Assembly (NCBI GenBank): GCA_964508715.1
Contig: CAZDUX010000011.1
Span: forward strand, 1 to 64,000
DNA: 64,000 nucleotides
Direction of reading: 5' to 3'
Origin: an uncultured Anaerolineaceae bacterium
GTDB lineage: Bacteria > Chloroflexota > Dehalococcoidia > Tepidiformales > Tepidiformaceae
Part shown: in pieces, positions 38,460-49,104 of the stretch
Layout of the letters: every line of letters starts with the position of its first letter
Position numbering within the stretch: the first letter of the stretch is position 1
The notes under the pieces: generated by a model
Told to the model about the DNA's origin: nothing
Databases searched by the model: none
Seen by the model: only the letters and a program-made list of their open reading frames with translations
Translations under genes and position numbers: made by a program

Positions 38460-39182
38460 ATGGCCACGATCGAGCCGATCACTTCGCGGCGGGCTTGGAG
38501 CGACCGGTTGTCGTGGATGGTGCCCGTGGTTCTGCTTGGGGCCGCATTGGCCCTGCTCACCGGAATCGTGGTGGTTTCGCAACGAGTGGGGAGGGAATCC
38601 CAGCGGCCCGATGCACCGCCATTTTCGCCACCGGCGGCGTTTCCCACGAACTACCAGCGGCTCGTGGTGCGGCAGGTTACGGGTTCTGCGATCACGCTGG
38701 GGAGTGATTCATCGAGCGGGCGCCCGGAATCGAAGGCGACGACGTTCGACGCGTCGGCCGGCGCTGTGATCGAGGTCATCTCGCCAGCGACGGCCGCCAG
38801 CCTACAGCCGGGCGAGTGGATGAGCGTGATCGGGATCACGAACAGCGTGCGCAACTTCACCATCCACCAGATCGTCGTGCTGCCAGCGGGGAGCAACGCA
38901 GACGCGGACGGTGTGGCGCGGAGTGCAGCAGGATTTGGCGGATACGAGGCCGCGACAGACGAAAACGACCGCGTCGCGTTTGGGGGCACAATCGCCAAGG
39001 CCGATGGCAACACGGTGACGCTCGATGGCCCGGAGGGGCCGATCACGGTGCAGCTTTCAGACCGGGCACCGCTCTTCCGTCTCGCGGCGGCAACCGCGGC
39101 CGACATCCGCGAGGGGTTCGGGGCGGCAGCGATTCTCGATGCAAGCGGCGGGATGCGGGCGATCCTCTTCCAGCCGCGCTGA
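38460..39182 (+). CDS. hypothetical membrane-anchored protein
   Basis: N-terminal signal-anchor (WMVPVVLLGAALALLTGIVVV); no recognisable domain. Confidence 0.45.
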   Translation: MATIEPITSRRAWSDRLSWMVPVVLLGAALALLTGIVVVSQRVGRESQRPDAPPFSPPAAFPTNYQRLVVRQVTGSAITLGSDSSSGRPESKATTFDASAGAVIEVISPATAASLQPGEWMSVIGITNSVRNFTIHQIVVLPAGSNADADGVARSAAGFGGYEAATDENDRVAFGGTIAKADGNTVTLDGPEGPITVQLSDRAPLFRLAAATAADIREGFGAAAILDASGGMRAILFQPR

Positions 39183-39186
39183 GGTG

Positions 39187-42100
39187 CTACTCGGTACGAA
39201 GGGCTTGAGCTCCCGCCTGGGCGGAGACGGCGCGTGTTGCAGCAACGAGCCCGATGACCACGACCGCAAGCACCGCCGCAATCGCACCACCCACGATGAG
39301 CCACTCCGTCTGGAGGATGAAGCCGGGCTCAACCTTCGCACCCGTTTCGGTGACGTCGAGGAAGGAGAGCATCTGGCGGCCAACGATCACGCCGAGGATT
39401 GCACCAGCGAGTGTGCCCGCGATGGAGACGACGGCGTATTCGAGCGCAAGCATGCGGAAGACCTGGGTGCGTGAGACACCCATCGCGCGCACGACGGCAA
39501 ACTCGACGCGCCGGCGGTTGATGGAGGTGACGAGCGAGACGAGCAACCCCGCGGCGACGAGGGCAAGCACAGCCGCGAAGCTCACGAAGAGGATGCCGCT
39601 GCCCGCCGCGGCGATGAGCGGGTTTTTCAGGTTATCGTTGAGGTCCTCGCTACGGCTCACGAGATGTGGAAGGCCGTATGCCGTGTCATCGAACGCCTCG
39701 ATGATCTGCTTCGAGACGGCCGCCTCGTCGGCGCCGGGCGCGAGTGAAATGAACGCCTCGGTGGGCACGAGGTCGTTTGGATCGGAAAAGCCGGTTGTAT
39801 CGCCCCACGTGGTGAGCTGGTCGCGATTGAAGATGACCGCGGGCCCATCCTTCGTCGCGAGCGTGGGAAAGAGGTCGAACGACGCGACGACACGGATGGG
39901 GACGAGCGTTCCACGGCCAACGACAAGCGTCGTGGTGCCGCCGGGCCGGAGGCCGGTAGAAGCAAGGAACGTCCGGCTGGCGAGGACAGACAGCGGGACG
40001 ATCTGGGGAGTGGTGTACATGCCGCGTGTCTCGCCCGTGTTCCCGGCGCCGAAGGTGAACGTGGCAGCGGCCTTGCCGCCGTGCGGCGCATCGGTTGCAG
40101 CGGCGAGGGTGTCCGGCTTTTGCGCCCGCGAGGGGAACGGTGACCAGCGCATGCCCGTCTCGAAGTCCTCCACCACCACGGCCGATCCATCGGCGAGGGT
40201 TGCGCCGATATCGTCGACGAAGAGCGGCGGATAGTTCGCCAGCGGCCGGTTGGGCGGCAACGTGAAGATGATGGACACGAGGCTCACCGGCTCGGGCCGC
40301 GGTCCGCCAAGGTCGGAGGCAATAGGTGCCGTGCGCCGGGACCAGGCGCCGCCGGTATCAGCGGTGCCGAGTTGAACCGTAAACAGGCGGCCGCTACCGT
40401 CGCGCAGGTGAGCCCAGATACCAATCTCGGAGAGCGCCGAATCGCCCTTGAACCAGACGCTTAGCTGGTTGGTGCCCTGGGGAAGGATGGCGCCCGGGAT
40501 CGCGACGGGAGCAGAGAGGCGGGCGAGGAGGTCGCCGAGTGGCTCGAAGGCGAAGTCGCTACGCCAGTAGATGATGTTCGAGAGCGCCGCAGGGTCGGCG
40601 GCGAGGACCTGGAACGAGCGGCTGACGACCCCTGGAACCGCAACCCCCGCCGTCGTGCGGGTGATGGCCGTCGCGCCGCTCACACCGGGGATGGCTTTCA
40701 GCTTCTTCTCGGTCTCCGGTGGTTCGGGGAGGGTGCGCCCGCCGGGAGCGAGGAGGCGGAGGTCGGCGCCGGTATCGAAGCCGGAGCGGTCACGGTAGGA
40801 GGCATCGGTTGTCTTTGCGTAGCTCGCGGCGAAGCTGCCGACGGCGACGGCCATCATCACGAGGAGGGTGAGACGCGTGTACTGGGCGGAGTTCCGTACG
40901 ACCTGCACCAGGCCGAGGGAGACGCTCGCGCCGGCGGCGGCATCAACACCCTTCGCAATCATCCGGAGGAAGATGGGGTAGAAGCGGAGGACGAGGGCGG
41001 CGGCGGCAGCCATTACCAGCGCGGGCGAGGCGAGGAGTAGCGGGTCGCTGCTGAGGCCGGCGGTAGAGGACGGTTCGTAGACAGAGCCGCGTTGGCGAAG
41101 TTCGAAGAGGGCAACGCCGGCTGCTGCAGCAAGAGCAAGGTCGAGGTAGTAGCGATGGATGACCGACCGGCCGGGGCGCGATTCGGAGCGGCGGGTGCTC
41201 ACCACCCCTCTCCGCGCGACGACGACGGCGGGGATGACGAGCGCCGCGAGTGAGAGGCCAACACCGGCAGCCGCCGCGGCAAACGACATCGGTGGGATGA
41301 TGACGGGGATGAGGCTGCCACCGCTCACATCGCGAAAAACCGGCGTCAGGCCGAGGATGGCAGTAGAACCGGCGGCGAGGAAGGGTGCGAGGATGGCGGC
41401 CGGTAGACCGATGATGAGCCCCTGCCAGAGGTAGATGATGGCGACCTGCATGACGCTCGCGCCACGGCCCCGGAGGAGGGCGATATCGGCAGCCTGCTGC
41501 TCGACGACGATCGCCGACACGATACCGACGTAGAAGAGGGCGATACCGGTGATCTCGAGGAGGAGCACGGTCAGCGGGACCTCGGCGTAGTCTGCATTCG
41601 TGCCGTAGCGCTGGAGCGTATCGCGCAGGGGGCTGAACGCGGTGCCGTTCATCGGTTCGACATCCTTGCCGAGGGCTTCGATGTCACTCCGGGCGATGGT
41701 GAAGTTGTTGCGATTGAGCTTCTCGGGGTTGGCATCGACCCACCAGGAGACGGATGCGTGATAGCCCGGGAACGCGGCGCCGAAGTTGCCGGTCAGGGTG
41801 CGCTCATCGGTGAACGCAGGAAGGATGGGGCCGACGTCGGGGATGTCGAGGCGAAACGGCGAAAAGTAGAGTTCTGCCGGACGCCCCCAGAAGGGGTCCG
41901 CCGGGTCGGCCGGTTCGATGATGCCAACGATGACCGCAGGGATACTGAAGCTCGCATTTGCTGTGGGGTCGCAGGGGGGCGGCGGGGGCGGCGGTTCGCT
42001 GGTGGGAAGGATACGGACACAGGTGTCGAAGGACTCACGGAGTTCGAGGGGCTCGCCGACCTTGAACCGAGAGGCAGCGGCAGACTGCGTGCTGATCGCG

Positions 42101-42567
42101 AGCTGAATTGGATCGCCTTTGGCAGACGGCTGCGGAAGCTGCCCCTGGACAATACGGACGTGTGCGCTGTAGCCCGTGAGTGACTGCGGTCGTGCCTGGA
42201 AGAGGCCCGTCGTCGCCGTGTCGCCCGGGCGGGCAAGGCCGAAGCGGCCGAGCTGGATGTAGCGTGACTGGGCGGCGCGGAACCAGCCGATGCGTTCGTT
42301 GATACGCTGCTCAACCGCCTGGCGAACTGCCTGCCCGGCCTCGGTCTGGAGGGGCACATCGTTGAGGATGACCTGGGTCCCGGCCCCCTGGTGGAGTTCA
42401 CGCCGCACTTTGAAGGTGAGGCCAAGGTCGGCCATTGCGCGCGAATAGATGGGTGCACTGGCGAGGAGGGTGGCCGCCACGAAGACGCCCAGGGCGACGA
42501 CCGCGAGGAGCCCGCGGATCGCAAGGCTCCGGCGAAAGGCCAGGCGCATGGTGCTGAAAGCGCTCAT
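39187..42567 (-). CDS. giant ABC transporter permease, FtsX family (two FtsX modules, about 10 TM, two large extracytoplasmic domains)
   Basis: 1126 aa; FtsX-type C-terminal TM bundles in each half; paralogous to 42666..46043; weak or no SD at start. Confidence 0.8.
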   Translation of the reverse strand: MSAFSTMRLAFRRSLAIRGLLAVVALGVFVAATLLASAPIYSRAMADLGLTFKVRRELHQGAGTQVILNDVPLQTEAGQAVRQAVEQRINERIGWFRAAQSRYIQLGRFGLARPGDTATTGLFQARPQSLTGYSAHVRIVQGQLPQPSAKGDPIQLAISTQSAAASRFKVGEPLELRESFDTCVRILPTSEPPPPPPPCDPTANASFSIPAVIVGIIEPADPADPFWGRPAELYFSPFRLDIPDVGPILPAFTDERTLTGNFGAAFPGYHASVSWWVDANPEKLNRNNFTIARSDIEALGKDVEPMNGTAFSPLRDTLQRYGTNADYAEVPLTVLLLEITGIALFYVGIVSAIVVEQQAADIALLRGRGASVMQVAIIYLWQGLIIGLPAAILAPFLAAGSTAILGLTPVFRDVSGGSLIPVIIPPMSFAAAAAGVGLSLAALVIPAVVVARRGVVSTRRSESRPGRSVIHRYYLDLALAAAAGVALFELRQRGSVYEPSSTAGLSSDPLLLASPALVMAAAAALVLRFYPIFLRMIAKGVDAAAGASVSLGLVQVVRNSAQYTRLTLLVMMAVAVGSFAASYAKTTDASYRDRSGFDTGADLRLLAPGGRTLPEPPETEKKLKAIPGVSGATAITRTTAGVAVPGVVSRSFQVLAADPAALSNIIYWRSDFAFEPLGDLLARLSAPVAIPGAILPQGTNQLSVWFKGDSALSEIGIWAHLRDGSGRLFTVQLGTADTGGAWSRRTAPIASDLGGPRPEPVSLVSIIFTLPPNRPLANYPPLFVDDIGATLADGSAVVVEDFETGMRWSPFPSRAQKPDTLAAATDAPHGGKAAATFTFGAGNTGETRGMYTTPQIVPLSVLASRTFLASTGLRPGGTTTLVVGRGTLVPIRVVASFDLFPTLATKDGPAVIFNRDQLTTWGDTTGFSDPNDLVPTEAFISLAPGADEAAVSKQIIEAFDDTAYGLPHLVSRSEDLNDNLKNPLIAAAGSGILFVSFAAVLALVAAGLLVSLVTSINRRRVEFAVVRAMGVSRTQVFRMLALEYAVVSIAGTLAGAILGVIVGRQMLSFLDVTETGAKVEPGFILQTEWLIVGGAIAAVLAVVVIGLVAATRAVSAQAGAQALRTE

Positions 42568-42665
42568 TCGGAGGCAATCTACAGCCCTGCACGGGAGGCG
42601 GCGAATGGGAAGGGCTTTCCGGGTTCACTGCCCGTCTGTAGGCTTTCGCCACGCGGAGGGGGCGC

Positions 42666-45600
42666 ATGGGCAGTTTCGGCGCCGTGATTCGGATGGTGGC
42701 GCGACGGAGCCTCGGGCACTGGAAGTTGCTCGTAGCCCTCGTCTCGGGGGTGGTCTTGTCGGCGGCGCTGATGTCGAGCGTCTTCCTCTATTCCGACGCA
42801 ATCCGGGATCTCGGGCTGCGCCACGCACTCGATAGCCGCACCCCGCAGGCACTCGATGTCCACGTGACTGTCTCGGGCGGCAAGGTCCAGCAAGAGGATT
42901 ACGAGGCGCGCCGGAAGACCGTCGACGCCCTCATGACGGGCTACGCCAGCGACATCATGACGGGGATCACCCACTCGGGGACGTCGAGCGGATTCTACCT
43001 CACCGCTCCTGGCGAGCCTGTTCCGAACACCGACGACCGGCCACGGTCGCTGTTCGCGTTCCAGGAAGGGCTGATGGACCACGCGAAACTGGTCGAAGGC
43101 GTGATGCCCCCCGAGCCTTCGCCGGGAGTCCCCGGTCAACCGCTTGAAGTCCAGGTGCTGATGGGGAAGGACGCTGCCAAGTCTCTCGGGGTGAAGGTGG
43201 GGCAGGCGTTCGACGTACACTGGCCGATCCGCGAAACGGCACCCATTCGAGTTGTCGTCGCCGGCCTGGTGCAGCCGAACGACATGGGTGAACCGTTCTG
43301 GGCGGGGCACGGCGACCGTTTCCGGCCGAATACGCCCAGTTGGCCGACGTACGCCTTCTTCATGGACGAAGCAGCGCTGGTGAAGAGCGCCGGCGGGTTC
43401 CTCCCGGATATGGACATCTCCGTCGAGACCCTCGGGGCCGTCGACGCGAAGCGGATCGTCAGCGGCAACTCCGATGCAGTGGAGGGGCGCCTCAACGCTC
43501 TCGACTTAGCGCTGAAGCAGCAGGTGCCATTTTCGCGCGTCGAGACGGAGATCCCGGCCGTGATAAAGAACTACCGGGAGAAGCTCTTCTTCACACGGCT
43601 GCCGCTCTTCGCCCTGATGATCCAGGTCGTCGGTATCGTGCTCTTCTACGTGGCGATGGTGGGGAGCATGGTCGTCGACCGGCAGACCGGCGAGATTGCG
43701 CTCTTGAAGAGCCGCGGGGCGAGTAACCGGCAGGTGCTGGGTGTGTTCGCCATCGAGGGGCTTGGCATCGGCATCCTCGCAACCGTTACCGGGCCCATTA
43801 TCGCCATCGCGGCGATCTCGGTGCTCGGGCTCACGCCACCGTTTCACGACCTCAGTGGTGGCGCGCTGCTCCACGTGCCGCTCTCGGGAGGGGCGATCGC
43901 GCTCGCGGGCCTCGGGGCGTTCCTCGCGTTTCTCGCGCTGATCTGGCCGGCGTACCGGGCTTGCCGCTACAGCATCACGCAGTACAAGCAGGAGATCTCG
44001 CGCCCGCCGGTTCAACCGGCGTTCTTCCGCTACCACCTCGACGTCGTCGTCGCGGCGGCTGGCGCGTTCGCCTTCTACCAGCTTCGCCAGAACGACTCAT
44101 TCGCGACGAAGGACCTGTTCGGGGACCTCTCGTTCGACCCCATCCGGCTGGCCACGCCGTCGCTTCTCATCCTGCTCGTGGCGATGGTCTTCTTGCGGCT
44201 GTTTCCACTCGTTCTCGGGGTCGTCTCGTGGGCATCGAAGCCGCTTCCGGGCCCAACCGTTTCGTTCGGGCTCCTGCGAATGGTCCGCAGCCCCGTGCAG
44301 CACAGCCGGCTTATCCTGTTACTGATCCTGACGACGGCCGTGGGGGTTTTTGCAGCGGGATTCCGGGCGACGCTGGAGCAGGGCTACCGGGACCGCGCGG
44401 ACTACCGGGCCGGCGCTGCCGTGCGCATCCAGGATATCCGGCTGCCAGGTCCGACACCGGTCGGACCGTTCAACGACCTCATCGCGAAGGTCACCGGGTC
44501 GCGCGATTTCACGGCCGCAGCGCGCCAGAACGCGTTCGCAAGCCTCGACCGCTTCCAGTCGGAGAGCCTGAACGTTCTTGGCGTAGAGCCGGATGCGTTC
44601 GCCCGGATCGCGGACTGGCGGGGCGACTTCGCCGGGGATTCGCTCGCCGGCCTGCTTTCGCGGTTACCGCGCAAGCCGCAGGAACTCGCCCAGACACCGG
44701 CGATTCCCGGCAACGCGAAGTTCATCGGCGTCTGGGCGAACCTGCCGATCGGGCCGAACGCAGCGAGCCTCGGCATCCGGCTGCGCAACGCGGACGGAAT
44801 TACGTGGGACTACCGGTTGACGCCGGCGGGCACGGCAGTGGCGAACGCGTGGACCTTCTACTACGCCGATCTTTCGAAACCCGTGACGAGCCGCCCGGCC
44901 GAACTCGCGCTGAGTGAACGGCGTATCGACACGATATTCGTCCGCCTCACCTCGCAGCAGCCGCTCATCCCGGAGACCGACACGGCGCTCTTTGACGATC
45001 TCCAGACGACGACGGAAGCGGCAGCCAGCCCTGCGTGGAACGGGAAAGGATTCGTATCGCCGACGGTGGCCGATTCGTTCGACGATATGACCGCGTATGA
45101 ACTGGTGACCGGCGTTTCAACCCTGGGGAACCCGGGCCAGATCACGAGGGGGACAGCGACGAACGGCCGGACAGGAACCGTCGCGAGGCTGACCTTCACA
45201 CGGGGGCCCGGGAGCACGAATGTCGTGGGCTTCCGGCGCCAGACCGACCAGCGCCCTGTACCCGTGGTGGTGGACCAGCAGTTCCTCGACGTCGCAAAGA
45301 AAAAGGTTGGCGACGAGCAACTCGTGTTCGTGAACAACCAGTACGTGAATATGACGATCGTTGGCGCCTACGACCTCTTCCCGACGTATGACCCGCAGGG
45401 CAAGCAGCACCTCTTCATTGCCGACCTGGCGGCACTCCAGGCGAGCGCGAGCCGCACGCCAACCGGCGATACGATCTTCCCGAACGAGGCGTGGCTCAAC
45501 GACAATCCGGGGGGGCTGACGAAGCAGAGCCTGCTCGACAAGGGTGTGAATGCGCAGGAGGTGGCCGACCGCGACGCGATCTTCGCAGCCCAATCGGCCG

Positions 45601-46043
45601 ACCCGCTGGTCGCGGCAAGCTGGCAGGGCATCCTGTTCCTGTGCTTCGCGGCCGTGTTGTTGCTCAGCGGGCTCGGGTTCATCACGCATTCGGGGTTGAG
45701 TGCGCAGGCACGGTCGATGGAGTTCGCCATTCTCCGGACGATGGGGATGTCGGGGCGGCAGATTGTCGGGGTGGTGTCGTTCGAGCAGGTATTCGTGATT
45801 GTCGCCGGGCTTGCGGCGGGGACGATCCTGGGGTTCCCGCTCAGCCGGTTGATGATCGACTCGATGGGCATCACGGAGAGCGGGGTGGCTCCGGTGCCGC
45901 CACTCGTCTCACGGATCGGCTGGGACGCAGTGGTCACGGTCTATTCGCTGCTTGGCATGCTCGTTGGTGCGACGATTGTGGCGCTTTTCCTGCTCTATTC
46001 GCGGATAGGCGTAAGCAAGACACTGAGGATGGGCGAGCTGTGA
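42666..46043 (+). CDS. giant ABC transporter permease, FtsX family (paralog of 39187..42567)
   Basis: 1125 aa; strong SD GGAGGGGG; similar N-terminus (M..RRSL...LL..L...V.....L.S...YS.A..DLGL); followed by two ATPase genes. Confidence 0.82.
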   Translation: MGSFGAVIRMVARRSLGHWKLLVALVSGVVLSAALMSSVFLYSDAIRDLGLRHALDSRTPQALDVHVTVSGGKVQQEDYEARRKTVDALMTGYASDIMTGITHSGTSSGFYLTAPGEPVPNTDDRPRSLFAFQEGLMDHAKLVEGVMPPEPSPGVPGQPLEVQVLMGKDAAKSLGVKVGQAFDVHWPIRETAPIRVVVAGLVQPNDMGEPFWAGHGDRFRPNTPSWPTYAFFMDEAALVKSAGGFLPDMDISVETLGAVDAKRIVSGNSDAVEGRLNALDLALKQQVPFSRVETEIPAVIKNYREKLFFTRLPLFALMIQVVGIVLFYVAMVGSMVVDRQTGEIALLKSRGASNRQVLGVFAIEGLGIGILATVTGPIIAIAAISVLGLTPPFHDLSGGALLHVPLSGGAIALAGLGAFLAFLALIWPAYRACRYSITQYKQEISRPPVQPAFFRYHLDVVVAAAGAFAFYQLRQNDSFATKDLFGDLSFDPIRLATPSLLILLVAMVFLRLFPLVLGVVSWASKPLPGPTVSFGLLRMVRSPVQHSRLILLLILTTAVGVFAAGFRATLEQGYRDRADYRAGAAVRIQDIRLPGPTPVGPFNDLIAKVTGSRDFTAAARQNAFASLDRFQSESLNVLGVEPDAFARIADWRGDFAGDSLAGLLSRLPRKPQELAQTPAIPGNAKFIGVWANLPIGPNAASLGIRLRNADGITWDYRLTPAGTAVANAWTFYYADLSKPVTSRPAELALSERRIDTIFVRLTSQQPLIPETDTALFDDLQTTTEAAASPAWNGKGFVSPTVADSFDDMTAYELVTGVSTLGNPGQITRGTATNGRTGTVARLTFTRGPGSTNVVGFRRQTDQRPVPVVVDQQFLDVAKKKVGDEQLVFVNNQYVNMTIVGAYDLFPTYDPQGKQHLFIADLAALQASASRTPTGDTIFPNEAWLNDNPGGLTKQSLLDKGVNAQEVADRDAIFAAQSADPLVAASWQGILFLCFAAVLLLSGLGFITHSGLSAQARSMEFAILRTMGMSGRQIVGVVSFEQVFVIVAGLAAGTILGFPLSRLMIDSMGITESGVAPVPPLVSRIGWDAVVTVYSLLGMLVGATIVALFLLYSRIGVSKTLRMGEL

Positions 46044-46047
46044 TAGG

Positions 46048-47001
46048 ATGCGGCACCATCACTTGCCGATCCCCGCTTGGAGCGCCTGTGCGCGCTGGAG
46101 CAGCGCTGTGACCCCGGAATCCGAAGTACCGCACATCCAGTGCGAGGACCTCTTCAAGATCTACAAGATCGCCAACCTCGAAGTCGTTGCCCTGCGCGGG
46201 CTCGACCTGAAGGTGCCGCATGGCGAAATCATGGGGATCGTCGGCTCATCGGGATCGGGGAAGAGCACCCTGCTCAACATCCTGGCGGGCCTCGACAAGC
46301 CATCGGCCGGGCGGGCGTTCGTGAACGGGAATGACCTCGTGACGCTCTCCGAGGCAGAGATGGTGGACTACCGGCGCAAGCAGGTCGGCTTTGTGTGGCA
46401 GCAGACGGGCCGGAATCTCATTCCGTATCTCGACGCACTCCAGAACGTGGAGGTGCCGCTCATCCTCGGCGGGGCATCGAAGAAGATGGCCCGTGAACGG
46501 GCGCGCGAGCTGCTCGATGCCGTGGGGCTGAGCGACCGGCTCAACCACCTGCCGAACGAACTCTCGGGTGGGCAGCAGCAGCGGGTCTCGATTGCCGTAG
46601 CGCTCGCGAACAACCCGCCCCTCCTGCTCGCGGACGAGCCCACCGGCGAACTCGACTCGATCGGGGCGACGATGATCTTCGCGCTCTTCGACGATCTCAA
46701 TCGCCGCTACGGGATAACCATCGTCATCGTGACCCACGACCCGGACATCGCCGAGCGCGTGGACCGCGTGGTCGCGATTCGCGACGGGCGCACGAGCACA
46801 GAGACCATTCGCACGCTCGGCCCGGATCCCAACCGGCTGGAGATGACGCACGATGAGTACGTGCTCATCGACTCGGCGGGGCGCCTCCAGATCCCCCGGG
46901 CCTACCTGGACGGGTTGAAGATCACCGAACGGGCCAGGGTGCTTCTTGGCGAGGGGCGGGTTGAGGTGCTGCCCGACCGTGATGAAAGGAGCCGGCGCTG
47001 A
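46048..47001 (+). CDS. ABC transporter ATP-binding protein (MacB/LolD-like) with C-terminal extension
   Basis: Walker A GSSGSGKSTL, signature LSGGQQQRVSIAVAL, Walker B LLLADEPTGELD; possible alternative GTG start at 46108. Confidence 0.88.
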   Translation: MRHHHLPIPAWSACARWSSAVTPESEVPHIQCEDLFKIYKIANLEVVALRGLDLKVPHGEIMGIVGSSGSGKSTLLNILAGLDKPSAGRAFVNGNDLVTLSEAEMVDYRRKQVGFVWQQTGRNLIPYLDALQNVEVPLILGGASKKMARERARELLDAVGLSDRLNHLPNELSGGQQQRVSIAVALANNPPLLLADEPTGELDSIGATMIFALFDDLNRRYGITIVIVTHDPDIAERVDRVVAIRDGRTSTETIRTLGPDPNRLEMTHDEYVLIDSAGRLQIPRAYLDGLKITERARVLLGEGRVEVLPDRDERSRR

Positions 47002-47024
47002 GCGGGGCATCGGTCAGAGCCGAG

Positions 47025-47825
47025 ATGGTGTCGCGGCGTTTCGAACGCGGTGCTGACGAGGTCTGGGCCCTCCGTGACGTTTCGATCTCGGTGAACGCGG
47101 GAGAGGTGATGGCACTCGTGGGGCGCTCGGGGTCGGGGAAGACGACGCTGCTCAATATCCTCGCCGGGCTCGACAAGCCAACGGCCGGGGAGGTGTTCAT
47201 CGATGGCGAACGCATCGACACGATGTCGGAACGCCAGATGACCGAGTTGCGGCGTCGAAAGCTGGGCTTTGTGTTCCAGTCGTTCGGCCTGTTGCCGCTG
47301 CTTTCGGCCCAGGAGAATGTGGAGCTACCAGCGCGGATCGCGGGGTTTGGGCACGGGGAACGTGTCCAGCGAGCGAAGCGTGCGCTCGAGCTCGTCGGGC
47401 TGACGAAGCGGGCACAGCACCGGCCGTACGAGCTTTCGGGTGGTGAGCAGCAACGCGTCGCGATCGCACGTGCGCTCACGTGTGAGCCAGCGCTCATCCT
47501 CGCCGATGAGCCAACCGGGGAACTCGATTCACTGACGGCAAAGGCGGTTTTTGCACTCCTGCGCGACCTGGCTCGCAGCGAGGGGATCACGGTTATCACC
47601 TGCACCCATGACCGCCAGGTGATGGAGATGGCCGACCGCGTGGAGGAGCTCGCCGATGGCCGCATCGTCAAGGGCCACGAGCGCGAAGTCTGGGAGTATG
47701 TGCAGGCGAAGGAGCACCATGTTCCCGAACCGGCCGGGGCGTCGCATCACTGGCCAAAGGGAGAATCAACCCCCGAAGACGAGTCTCCTCCGGCCGAACG
47801 GGCCCAACGGCCATGGGACTGGTGA
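47025..47825 (+). CDS. ABC transporter ATP-binding protein (MacB/LolD-like), second ATPase
   Basis: Walker A GRSGSGKTTL, signature LSGGEQQRVAIARAL, Walker B LILADEPTGELD; C-terminal acidic tail. Confidence 0.88.
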   Translation: MVSRRFERGADEVWALRDVSISVNAGEVMALVGRSGSGKTTLLNILAGLDKPTAGEVFIDGERIDTMSERQMTELRRRKLGFVFQSFGLLPLLSAQENVELPARIAGFGHGERVQRAKRALELVGLTKRAQHRPYELSGGEQQRVAIARALTCEPALILADEPTGELDSLTAKAVFALLRDLARSEGITVITCTHDRQVMEMADRVEELADGRIVKGHEREVWEYVQAKEHHVPEPAGASHHWPKGESTPEDESPPAERAQRPWDW

Positions 47826-47890
47826 GGGCCATGCACCATCCTCAGTCCGGTTCGTTGCCCTGTTCTGAACGTATGGCCGACCTGCGGACT

Positions 47891-48442
47891 TCAGAAGGGG
47901 AGCCCCTTCAAACCCATCAGCGTCCGGGCCAGGCAGACACGGCCGAGGTGTCCGTTCCCGTGGCCGATAAGCCCATGACCGATGGCCTCCATGCGAGGGA
48001 CTTCACCCCAGGGTTGGATAGCCTGGACGGTTGACAGGTAGTCCATGCTCATCGCTTCGATTCGGGGAACAACAGCCTCGGTGACGGCGCGGGTATAACG
48101 GTTGAATTCTCCTGGTTCGGGGAAGCGGAGTGAGTAGGCATCGTCCGGATCCTGGCCAGTGCCCTGGTTGACGCGTGGAAGCCCCCACTGCTGGTCGAAA
48201 CCGTCGCGGAGCCAGACGGGCTGCTCACGTTCGAAGACGAAATGGATGATGTTGTCGACGGTGCGGACGACATGCCAGGTATCCCAGCCAATCGAGTTCG
48301 TCACGCCGCCATGGGTATCGCAGAGCTGCTCGACAGTGAGGTCCTGCACACCCATCTCGCAGTATTGGAGGAGGCGTCTTACAAGGGCGGCGTACTGGGC
48401 GGGCATCGTTGGGGGATTGCCCATGCCGGGGAGGTTGGCCAT
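47891..48442 (-). CDS. DinB family protein
   Basis: Start refined to MANLPGMG; DinB_2-like helical bundle pattern (WDTWHVVRTVDNIIHFV). Confidence 0.6.
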   Translation of the reverse strand: MANLPGMGNPPTMPAQYAALVRRLLQYCEMGVQDLTVEQLCDTHGGVTNSIGWDTWHVVRTVDNIIHFVFEREQPVWLRDGFDQQWGLPRVNQGTGQDPDDAYSLRFPEPGEFNRYTRAVTEAVVPRIEAMSMDYLSTVQAIQPWGEVPRMEAIGHGLIGHGNGHLGRVCLARTLMGLKGLPF

Positions 48443-48459
48443 CGTGGGGCTCCTTCGGC

Positions 48460-49104
48460 TCAGGACCAGCGGTCCCAGCGCATGATCTCGCTCACCGGCC
48501 GGCGGGTGACGGGGCCGAACTTGCCCATCGGATAGCCAACGGGGATGAGGCAGAACGGCTCGATATTCGCGGGGAGGTTGAGGGCTTCCTTCGCGGCGGC
48601 CCGGTCGGCGAGGGCGAACGTGGTGGGGGTTGCCCCGAGCCCCAGGGCGCGGGCGGCGAGCAGGATGTTCTGAACCCCGGGCCAAACGGAGCCACCGGCC
48701 CCGGCGCCGGCGAAGAAGCTGCTCGTGTTGCTGATGGGCGAGCCGAACTCGAGACAGGCGATGATGTGCGCCGGGATCTCGGCGAAGTGCTCCGCCTGCC
48801 AGCGGACAGCGTCGAGGATCCGGGCGCGCTGTTCGGCATCCTGGTGGGGCAACGTGGTTGGCCTGCCCCCACCCGGAGCGGTGTAGGCTGCAAAGGTCTT
48901 CCTATTGAGATCGGCGAGCTTCGCCTTGACGGCGGGGTCGCGGACGACGATGTAACGAGCGTTCTGCTGGTTTGAGCCCGATGCGGCCTGGCTTGCCGCT
49001 TCGATGAGTCTTACGAGCAACTCCTCGGGTAGCGGGTCGGGCTTCAGGCGGCGCATCGCGCGGGTGGTATACATCACCTCAAAGAGGCCTATTTCGTCAG
49101 TCAT
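48460..49104 (-). CDS. nitroreductase family protein
   Basis: MYTTRAMRRLKPDPLPEELLVRLIEAASQAASGSNQQNARYIVV matches NAD(P)H nitroreductase family. Confidence 0.82.
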   Translation of the reverse strand: MTDEIGLFEVMYTTRAMRRLKPDPLPEELLVRLIEAASQAASGSNQQNARYIVVRDPAVKAKLADLNRKTFAAYTAPGGGRPTTLPHQDAEQRARILDAVRWQAEHFAEIPAHIIACLEFGSPISNTSSFFAGAGAGGSVWPGVQNILLAARALGLGATPTTFALADRAAAKEALNLPANIEPFCLIPVGYPMGKFGPVTRRPVSEIMRWDRWS

